Shown: piece after piece, positions 1-7,800 of the stretch
How positions within the stretch are numbered: the first letter of the stretch is position 1
Layout: the number at the start of each line of letters is the position of its first letter
Assembly (NCBI GenBank): GCA_046757165.1
Contig: JBHHXT010000137.1
Location: 1-12,609 of the forward strand
DNA length: 12,609 nucleotides
Reading direction: 5' to 3'
Origin: a bacterium
GTDB taxonomy: Bacteria; Zhuqueibacterota; Zhuqueibacteria; Oceanimicrobiales; Oceanimicrobiaceae
Notes under the pieces: generated by a model
What the model saw: the letters and a program-made list of their open reading frames with translations, nothing else
Database searches by the model: none
What the model was told of the DNA's origin: nothing
Translations under genes and position numbers: made by a program

Positions 1-26
1 TTGCATGAAATGCTAAAGCATTTCAC
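1..26 (-). CDS. Possible 5' end of a gene running off the left edge (GTG start, MKCFSISC...)
   Basis: Minus strand reads GAGGT-aaagga-GTG AAA TGC TTT AGC ATT TCA TGC, open to the window edge. Only 8 codons are visible, so this is weak. Confidence 0.25.
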
Positions 27-57
27 TCCTTTACCTCATATTCAAATTCAATACTCA

Positions 58-135
58 TTCTATTCGTGTCAATTCGTGGCTGCATCAATTATTGGGTTGC
101 GGCCAAAGCCGCACCAGGCACTTCGTGGTAATTGC
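58..135. repeat. REP-like intergenic element: ATTCGTG tandem units plus a GCGGC/GCCGC hairpin
   Basis: ATTCGTG occurs at 62 and 72 (10-nt period) and TTCGTGG again at 122. Hairpin TGCGGC-CAAA-GCCGCA (98-113) is followed by CCAGG. A similar hairpin occurs at 8434-8452. Confidence 0.5.
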
Positions 136-139
136 GTAC

Positions 140-1672
140 TTAGTTCATTGACTCTTGATTCAGATGTCGCGGGATGAGCACTTTTTCGACCACTTCAAAA
201 AGAAGCTCCACGACAATCGCCAGCAGGGCCGCCGGAATCGCGCCCCACATGATGATGTAGGGGTCGTTTAGCGATAAACCGGTGACGATGTATTCGCCCA
301 ACCCGCCGGCGCCGATGAAGGCCGCAATCGTCGCCGTCCCGATCAGAATCACGGCAGCCGTGCGGATGCCGGCGAGAATGGTCGGGACGCCCAGGGGCAG
401 CTCGATGTGGCGCAAGCGTTGCGAGCTGCTCAAGCCCATGCCGACAGCGACTTTCTTCAAAAGCGGGTCAATGGAGGTGAGGGCGATGTAGGTGTTGCGC
501 AAGATCGGTAGCAAAGCGTAGAGAAACAGGGCCACGAGCGCGGGTTTGACACCGATGCCGAAGAACGGAATCATGAATGCCAGCAGGGCCAGGGAAGGAA
601 TGGTTTGCAGCAACCCGGTGAGATAAATCACCGGACCTGAAATCTTTGGCATCCTGTAGATGAGCATGCCAGCAGGAATTGCGATGAGGGTCGCAGCCAA
701 CAGGGCGGTGGTCGTGAGCAGCACGTGCCTCACAGTCCGGTCCGCCAGCGTCTGCCAACGCTTGTCCGGGTTGGTTTCTGCAAGGTCGGGTTTCAGGCCT
801 TTGGCAGCCAAAAACGCATGGGCGGCTTCAGAAAACGTTCGGCCTGCGATGATTACGTCTGCGTTGAGTTTTTGCATCTCTTTTTCTGAGATGGCGCCTG
901 CCAGCAGGGCCAGGATCCCGTTCACCCGGCCAGCCAGGTCTGCGCGTACCAATGGGGCGGCCAGATAGACCGGAAAGAAGTGCTTGTCATCTTCCAGGAG
1001 CACCAGGTCGTATTTCTGAATCTCTGCATCGGTGGAGTAGACATCCATGACGTCGATTTTGTCTTCGGCCAGAGCCTGGTAGGAAAGCGCGTGCTCCATG
1101 CCGAGGGGGGTGGCGCTCAGGCCGTAAAAACGGGCCAGGGCGCGCCAGCCGTCGCCGCGCTCGATGTACTCGTAGCTCAGGCCATAGCGCAGGTTGGGAT
1201 GGACGGTCAGGTCAGAAATGGCGCGCAGGTCGTGCTTTCTGGCAAGATCAGCGCGGATGGTGAGCGCGTAGGTGTTGTTGAACCCGAAGGACGGCAGCAG
1301 GTCCAGCGTATGCTGACGTTTGAGAAGGGCTTGCAATTGTTCGTAGGAGACTGGCTGTTCCAGCTTCAACACGGCTTGCTCGAGGGTGCCGGAATACTCC
1401 GGGTAGAGGTCGATTTCACCGTTGACCAGGGCCTGGTAGCAGATGAGCGTGCCGCCAAGACCGAAGTTGCGTTCCACTTCAAAGCCGCGTGCTTCGAGAA
1501 GCTGGGCCATGATTTCGGCGAGGATGTAGCTCTCATTGAAGTGTTTGCTGCCGATCTTGATGGGCTGGCTCCAGGCTGACGGGAGGAAGCACAGCGTAAG
1601 AATAATGCTAACCACCTGAGCGATGAAGCGGCGCGCTTTTTCCGAAGCGCCGGCAAAAGGCAGAGCGGGCAT
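140..1672 (-). CDS. Fused substrate-binding protein plus permease of a glycine betaine/choline/ergothioneine-type ABC importer (OpuBC/OsmX/EgtU-like), binding domain N-terminal
   Basis: Hydrophobic signal-like segment, then IKIGSKHFNESYILAEI, DLYPEYSGT, FGFNNTYAL and DVYSTD (OpuAC-type binding domain). C-terminal helices carry QTIPSLALL, LLPILRNTY, an EAA-like loop (KVAVGMGLS) and AAFIGAGGLG. The track start (1804) overlaps the ATPase by 92 nt, so ATG 1672 is preferred (alternatives 1741/1738). Confidence 0.9.
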   Translation of the reverse strand: MPALPFAGASEKARRFIAQVVSIILTLCFLPSAWSQPIKIGSKHFNESYILAEIMAQLLEARGFEVERNFGLGGTLICYQALVNGEIDLYPEYSGTLEQAVLKLEQPVSYEQLQALLKRQHTLDLLPSFGFNNTYALTIRADLARKHDLRAISDLTVHPNLRYGLSYEYIERGDGWRALARFYGLSATPLGMEHALSYQALAEDKIDVMDVYSTDAEIQKYDLVLLEDDKHFFPVYLAAPLVRADLAGRVNGILALLAGAISEKEMQKLNADVIIAGRTFSEAAHAFLAAKGLKPDLAETNPDKRWQTLADRTVRHVLLTTTALLAATLIAIPAGMLIYRMPKISGPVIYLTGLLQTIPSLALLAFMIPFFGIGVKPALVALFLYALLPILRNTYIALTSIDPLLKKVAVGMGLSSSQRLRHIELPLGVPTILAGIRTAAVILIGTATIAAFIGAGGLGEYIVTGLSLNDPYIIMWGAIPAALLAIVVELLFEVVEKVLIPRHLNQESMN

Positions 1673-1712
1673 GCCCTGCTTGCTTGTGTTCGTGCGCTTC
1701 AGTCGCGCACAA

Positions 1713-2522
1713 TCAATTGTTCGATGGCTGCGAAACATCATCTTCCAGTTGCAAGTGAACGAAGTTCTCCACAAATGCGCCCGCGGGCCGCTGCAGAATG
1801 TCATCGCGCGTGCCCATTTGTTCGAGCCTGCCCTGGTTCAGGATGGCGATAAAATCGGCCAATTTGATGGCTTCGCGCAAGTCGTGGGTGACCAGGACAA
1901 TGGTGCGCGTCTCCAGTTTTTGCAGTTTGATAAACTCACGGTGGATCTCGCTGCGCGTCAGCGGGTCGAGTGCGCCGAAGGGCTCATCGAGCAGGAAGAT
2001 CCTTGGGTTGAGCATCATGGCCCGGCACAGGCCGACGCGCTGCTGCTCGCCACCACTGAGCTGGTGCGGGTACTTGCTGCGGTACTCATCCTGCAGATTG
2101 ACCAGCTCCATGAGCACCCGCAACCGGTTTTCGATTTTCGGTTTCGGCCAATTCGCCAGGGTTGCGAGCAGAGAAATATTCTTTTCCACCGTGAGATGCG
2201 GGAACAAACCTGTACCTTGCACGGCATAGCCAATCCGTCTTCGCAGGTGCTCCAACCGATGGTGCTCGACAGGAGTTCCAAAGACATGCACGCGCCCCTC
2301 ATCTGGCAGAATCAACCCGTTGATGAGCTGGATGAGGGTGGATTTCCCGCTGCCACTGGGACCGATGACAGCAGTGGTGGCGTCGGCCGGCACCGTCAGG
2401 TAGAGGTCGCGCAGTGCGGTTTGGCTCGCATATCGTTTGGTGACGTTGTCGAAGAGGATGGGATGCGGCCCCTGCGTGCTATCCAGTTCGGATTGCCTGT
2501 TTCGATCGGGTTTATCGCTCAT
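1713..2522 (-). CDS. ABC transporter ATP-binding subunit, OpuA/OsmV-like, no CBS domains
   Basis: Walker A GPSGSGKST, Q-loop IGYAVQGTGLFPH, signature LSGGEQQR, Walker B/D-loop LLDEPFGALD, H-loop VTHD. Starts 12 nt after the egtD stop. Confidence 0.95.
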   Translation of the reverse strand: MSDKPDRNRQSELDSTQGPHPILFDNVTKRYASQTALRDLYLTVPADATTAVIGPSGSGKSTLIQLINGLILPDEGRVHVFGTPVEHHRLEHLRRRIGYAVQGTGLFPHLTVEKNISLLATLANWPKPKIENRLRVLMELVNLQDEYRSKYPHQLSGGEQQRVGLCRAMMLNPRIFLLDEPFGALDPLTRSEIHREFIKLQKLETRTIVLVTHDLREAIKLADFIAILNQGRLEQMGTRDDILQRPAGAFVENFVHLQLEDDVSQPSNN

Positions 2523-2534
2523 GCAACAAGACTT

Positions 2535-3542
2535 TCAAGCCGGGCTCATCAAGTTCAGGCTGAACCACTCTCGTTCGTCATACCAGCTTGAATTGATTCG
2601 GAGTCCGCCCCTTTGCGCCATCTCACAGATTCTTTCCCGGGTATATTTGTAAGAATTTTCTGTGTGTATCGTCTCACCCTTTGCGAAGTTGAACCAACGC
2701 TGTAGCTGCCCGACCCTCACCCTTTGTTCCCGCAGACTCTCGAGATGCATTTCGATACGGCCTTCCTGCTGATTAAAATTGATTTTGTGTCTGAAATTCG
2801 CCAGGTCGAAATTGGCGCCGAGCTCGCGATTCATTCTTGTGAGCAGATTGAGATTGAAGGCTGCTGTGACACCTTGTGCGTCATCATAGGCCGGGACCAG
2901 GATATCCTCAGACTTGAGCAGGTCCATGCCGATCAGCAGCATATCGCGCTCGTTCATGGTTGCCCGGATTCTTTTGAAAAAGTCCTCAGCCACGTCCTTC
3001 TCGAAATTGCCGATGCTCGAGCCCAGGAACAGGATCAGCTTCTGCTGGTGCTGTCTTTCCTTCAGGGCGCTGAGCGCAATAAAGTAGTCGGAGACCAGCG
3101 CCGTGATGCGCAGCTTCGGGTATCGCTTCAAGAGCGCTTTGGCGCTGTTGACGAGCATCGATTTCGAAATGTCGACCGGGAGGTAGTGGAGCTTGTGATC
3201 TGCCCGCAAGAAGGCGTCGATAAACAGCCGCGTTTTTCTGGAGCTGCCACTCCCGAGTTCGATCACGGCCACGTCCCGGTCGCATAAGGACGCGATCTGG
3301 TCCGCATAATGTTTGATGATGGCGCGCTCAGTTCGCGTGGGGTAATACTCGGGCAATTCACAAATCTGCTCGAACAAGTTCGAGCCCGTCTCGTCATACA
3401 GATACTTCGGTGATAGCTTCTTTGGCGTTGCTGACAGGCCGTGCAGCACGTTCTGCGCAAACGGCTCCCCTGAATGGTCCTTTCTTGAAATCTTGACCTT
3501 GAGTCCTGGTCTGTTGAGAATGGTAAGGGTATGGAAATCCAC
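2535..3542 (-). CDS. egtD: L-histidine N(alpha)-methyltransferase (hercynine synthase, methyltransferase_33 family)
   Basis: SPKYLYD..GSNLFEQICELPEYYPTRTE, SAM motif ELGSGSSRKT, PVDIS, FLGSSIGNF, AYDDAQGVTAAFNLN, RIEMHL, IHTENSYKY. GTG start with strong SD GGAAGGAGGG (3548-3557, minus). Confidence 0.93.
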   Translation of the reverse strand: MDFHTLTILNRPGLKVKISRKDHSGEPFAQNVLHGLSATPKKLSPKYLYDETGSNLFEQICELPEYYPTRTERAIIKHYADQIASLCDRDVAVIELGSGSSRKTRLFIDAFLRADHKLHYLPVDISKSMLVNSAKALLKRYPKLRITALVSDYFIALSALKERQHQQKLILFLGSSIGNFEKDVAEDFFKRIRATMNERDMLLIGMDLLKSEDILVPAYDDAQGVTAAFNLNLLTRMNRELGANFDLANFRHKINFNQQEGRIEMHLESLREQRVRVGQLQRWFNFAKGETIHTENSYKYTRERICEMAQRGGLRINSSWYDEREWFSLNLMSPA

Positions 3543-3654
3543 CGGAACCCTCCTTCCATGAATTGAAAAAGCCGACCTTTTGGGGTAAGACGAGCATTGG
3601 ATTTAGATTGAGGGCATAAAAGGCGAGCTTAGGCGTGAGTAATTTTTATTTTCG

Positions 3655-3685
3655 AGAATATCTGCAAAAATAATTACAGATGCAA
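3655..3685 (-). promoter_or_regulatory. Candidate egtD promoter (TTGCAT-N19-TATTCT) with a dyad in the spacer
   Basis: Plus strand ATGCAA (3680-3685) and AGAATA (3655-3660). Near-palindrome ATCTGCAA-N6-TTACAGAT at 3660-3681, within the AT-rich divergent intergenic region. Confidence 0.3.
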
Positions 3686-3840
3686 CCCTTTTGTGATCTT
3701 ATTTCTCAACTGGGGAACCATTTTTTCCTTGACTTAGTTGGGCAGGATGCGATCTTATAGAAGAAAACCACATCTCCTGATTTCACAAGGCACGAAATTC
3801 AGAAAGGACCAAAATCGTTAGCGAAATCACGCCAGTTTCA

Positions 3841-4815
3841 GTGGCGCAGGAGGTCGAACGCGCAGAGAGCCGGATTCGGCCGCACATTCGTGAGACCCAC
3901 CTCGACTGGTCACCCTATTTGAGTAAAGAGTCGCGCTCGAATGTCTGGTTGAAGTTGGAGAATGTGCAATTTACCGGCTCGTTCAAGGTGCGCGGCGCGT
4001 TGAACAAGCTGTTGTCCCTGAAAGAGGTGCAGAGAAAACGCGGGGTGGTCACCGCTTCGACGGGAAACCATGGCGCCGCGGTCGCGTTTGGTCTCCGCAA
4101 GCTTCGCGCCAGTGGTATCGTTTTTGTGCCGGAGAATGCTTCACCGGACAAAGTCGAGGCCATCGAGCAGCTCGGCGCACAGGTGCGTTTTTGGGGTACG
4201 GACCCCGCCCGGACTGAAGCACACGCCAGGCAATATGCAAGTACCCGCAGCATGCCGTACATTTCGCCCTACAACGACCTGCAGGTGGTGGCCGGCCAGG
4301 GAACCATCGGTCTGGAGTTGGCGCACCAGCTCGAGACCCCGGACGCGGTGTTCGTCTCGCTCGGCGGCGGTGGCCTCATTTCCGGCATCGCCGGCTATCT
4401 GAAAACGGTGTGCCCGGCTGTTGAAATCATCGGGTGTTCTCCGGAAAATTCTCAAGTCATGATTCAGTCGGTCAGGGCAGGGAAAATTCTGGCCCTGCCC
4501 TCCCGCCCGACATTGTCCGATGGCACCGCGGGCGGAATCGAGCCGGGCGCGATGACCTTCGACCTCTGCCGCACCCTGGTCGACCGATATGTGACGGTGA
4601 CCGAGGACGAGATCAAGAAAAGTCTTCAGCTTTTCATCCAAACGCACCACATGCTCATCGAGGGTGCTGCAGCCGTGGCGCTCAGTGGCTTTTTGAAACA
4701 ACAACAGGATTTCGTCGCCAGGAATGTCGTCATTGTTCTCTGCGGCGCTAACATCAGTCTGGAGACACTGCAAACCGTCTTGTTCGACCCGAAGAAAAAA
4801 AGACGCGTGTCGTGA
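3841..4815 (+). CDS. PLP-dependent fold-type II enzyme, serine/threonine dehydratase (racemase-like) family, no ACT domain
   Basis: LKLENVQFTGSFKVRGA (PLP lysine), ASTGNHG, PYND..VAGQGTIGLE, glycine loop SLGGGGLISG, IEGAAA, VLCGAN. Start is uncertain (GTG 3841, or in-frame ATC 3814 after a good SD). Confidence 0.9.
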   Translation: MAQEVERAESRIRPHIRETHLDWSPYLSKESRSNVWLKLENVQFTGSFKVRGALNKLLSLKEVQRKRGVVTASTGNHGAAVAFGLRKLRASGIVFVPENASPDKVEAIEQLGAQVRFWGTDPARTEAHARQYASTRSMPYISPYNDLQVVAGQGTIGLELAHQLETPDAVFVSLGGGGLISGIAGYLKTVCPAVEIIGCSPENSQVMIQSVRAGKILALPSRPTLSDGTAGGIEPGAMTFDLCRTLVDRYVTVTEDEIKKSLQLFIQTHHMLIEGAAAVALSGFLKQQQDFVARNVVIVLCGANISLETLQTVLFDPKKKRRVS

Positions 4816-4858
4816 AACGTGAATCGGACGTTAACCCTAAATTAATGAAAGGAGCGTT

Positions 4859-7800
4859 ATGTTATCGTCTTTGATTTCTTGCAAAAGAATGCCAAGACAG
4901 TTCCCGCAGCGACGTGGTCGCGCCGGGAAACAGTGGGCAACAGCCCTGTGGGTGATGTTGTGTTTTGTTTGTGGCAGCCAGGGCGCTCCCCTCACGCCGG
5001 GGCGAGGTTCCCTGCCAACAACCTCGGTCCGCGAGGACACGACTCAGAAAGAAGAGGAGAACGGGGAAGAAAAGGAAAAGAAGGGCTTGCCCCTGGAGCC
5101 AGGGCGCACGCTTTCTTTTACCGCGCAAGAGGCCACCTGGATGTCCGTGGACGTGAGCGCAGACGGCCAAACCATCGTGTTCGACTTGCTCGGCGACTTG
5201 TACGCCCTGCCCATCAGCGGCGGGCAAGCGACGCGCATCACCAGTGGCATGGCCTACGACGTGCAGCCGCGCTTCAGCCCGGATGGCAAACGGGTGGCCT
5301 TCATCTCCGACTCATCCGGCAGCGACAACGTCTGGATCCTGGAATGGGACAGCAAAGAAAGGAAAGCCTTGACCGAGGAAAAATCAGGGTATCTCCTGTC
5401 GCCGGAGTGGACGTCGGATGGAAAATACATCGTCTTCTCCAAAGGGAAAGGGGTGTTCGGCCCCCCGAAGCTCTGGATGATTCATATCGACGGCGGTTCC
5501 GGCGTGCAGCTCATCAAAGAACCGGAGAATCTCAAGACCCTCGGAGCGGCATTTGGTGCGGAGCAACGCTATATCTGGTACGCACAGCGTATGCGGGATT
5601 GGCAATACAACGCCATCTTTCCGCAATACCAGTTGGCGCGCTACGACCGCGACACGGGCAAGAGCACGCGCATGACTTCGCGCTACGGCTCTGCCCTTCG
5701 ACCGGCGCTTTCGCCCGATGGTAACTATCTGGTCTACGGCACGCGCTATGACCATCAAACCGGTCTGCGGATACGGGAGCTGGCCACGGGCGAGGAGCGC
5801 TGGCTCGCCTACCCGGTGCAGCGCGATGACCAGGAAGCGCGCGCGACCATGGACGTTCTGCCAGGCTATTCCTTTACCCCGGACTCGCGGGCGATTATCG
5901 TTTCCTATGGCGGAAAAATCTGGCGCGTGCCCATCGACGGCACGGAAGCGACCCAGATCCCGTTCACCGCCGAGGTCAATCTGGCGCTCGGACCGGAAGT
6001 ACGATTCGACTACCAAATCGACGACGCCACCAGTTTCGTGGCCCGGCAGATTCGCCACGCCGTGCCGTCTCCGGATGGCAAGAAGCTCGCCTTCACCGCA
6101 CTCGACCGGCTCTGGGTGAGGGCTCTGCCAGAGGGTAAACCGAAACGGCTGACCAAATCGAAGGTGGGCGAGCACTACCCCACCTGGTCGCCGGACGGCA
6201 AGTGGATTGCGTATGTCACCTGGGAGGATGCAAATGGCGGCCACATCAGCAAAGTGGCCGCCCGTGGCGGTACACCGGTGCAATTGACCGAGACGCGTGC
6301 CCTGTACAAGCACACCGCCTGGTCGCCGGACGGCAACCGCATTGTGGCCATTCGCGCCTCAGCGCGTGATTTGCAGGAGTCCACCGGGTTCTTCAGGGGT
6401 GGACTGGCGAGCCAGTTTGTGTACGTGCCGGCCAGCGGTGGCCCGGTGCGGACCATCGCGCCCACCGAGGGCCGTACCGCACCCCACTTTACTTCGGATG
6501 CCAGCCGCATCTACGCCTACAGTCCGGACGAAGGGTTGATCTCCATGCGCTGGGATGGCACAGACGTCAAAACCCATGTCAAAGTCACGGGCTCGAAGCT
6601 GCCAGGCGCCAAGAAACCGACCCGGGCGACCCTGATGCTCATGGCGCCAACTGGCGATCAGGCTGTTGCACAGGTCATCAACCATCTCTATAGCGTCACG
6701 GTGCCCTACGTCGGTGGCGAGACACCCACCGTGAGTGTGGCCAAACCGGAGAACGCCGCCTTCCCGGCAAGAAAGCTTACCGATATCGGGGGCCAGTTCC
6801 CGGCCTGGAGTGCGGACGGGAAACAAATCCACTGGTCGATCGGCAATGCTTTCGTCACCTACGACCTGGAGGAAGCCAAAGCGTTCGAAGACAGCCTGGA
6901 GGCGGCCGAAGAGGACACCACAGCGCAGGATACCACTACAGCCAAAGCAGAGGAAAAGGAAGAGAAAAAAGAGAGACCCCGATACAAGCCGCGAGAACAG
7001 CGCATCAAAGTCATGGCGACGCGTGACCTGCCGCAAGGCACGCTGGTTTTGCGCGGCGCGCGCGTCATTACCATGAAAGGGCACGAGATCATCGAGAAGG
7101 GCGATATCGTGGTGCGCAATCATCGCATTGCCGGTGTCGGACCAACCGGACAGGTGGAAATCCCGGCAGGCGCCGAGGTTATGGAGCTTGCCGGAAAAAC
7201 CATCCTGCCCGGGTTTGTCGACACGCACTATCACGCGCAATGGTTGATTCCCGAAACCCACAGCACGCAGGTGTGGCAATATTTGGCCAACCTCGCCTAT
7301 GGCGTCACGACCACGCGCGACCCACAGACCGCAACAACCGACATTCTCACCTACTCCGACCTGGTGGAAACGGGGGACATGATTGGCCCGCGCATCTACT
7401 CAACCGGGCCGGGCGTTTTTTGGGTCGAGCAGATCAAAGACCTGGAGCATGCACGCAAGGTCCTGAAACGGTATAGCGACTATTATGACACCAAAACCTT
7501 CAAGATGTACATGTCGGGCAACAGGCAACAACGGCAGTGGCTGATCATGGCGGCCAAGGAGCTGCATCTTATGCCGACAACCGAGGGTGGGCTGGATTTC
7601 AAGCTCAACCTGACCCACGCCATCGACGGCTACTCCGGCCTGGAGCACACCCTGCCGATCTACCCGCTCTACGAGGATGTCAAAGAGTTGTTCGTGAAAT
7701 CAGGCATCACCTACTCCCCCACCCTGCTCGTTTCCTACGGCGGCCCGTTTGGCGAGAATTACTACTTCACGACCGAGAATGTCTATGGGGACGAAAAGCT

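Noticed and set aside
1673..1804. N-terminal extension of the permease ORF in the track
   Set aside because: It overlaps the ATPase 3' end by 92 nt and precedes the signal-like segment; a later ATG is more plausible.
980..3287. Long plus-strand ORFs (980-1579, 1623-2591, 2724-3287)
   Set aside because: Antisense shadows of well-supported GC-rich genes, with no recognisable motifs.
3729..3761. TTGACT as -35 of a promoter for the dehydratase gene
   Set aside because: No convincing -10 at 16-18 nt spacing (TATAGA is 21 nt away), so it is not called.
3841..4815. Calling the PLP enzyme ilvA, tdcB or eutB, or an EgtE-like C-S lyase
   Set aside because: It lacks the IlvA regulatory domain and has no ectoine-utilisation context; EgtE is fold-type I whereas this is fold-type II. 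The substrate cannot be assigned.
5270..6830. Recurring (T)CGCCGGA(C/T)GG nucleotide repeats as a possible CRISPR or DNA repeat array
   Set aside because: They encode the SPDG motif of PD40 repeats, are irregularly spaced and lie in frame.
4141..7279. Long alternative-frame or antisense ORFs (4141-4773, 4879-5724, 5384-6313, 6359-7279)
   Set aside because: They lie wholly within the dehydratase or amidohydrolase genes and are explained by codon bias.
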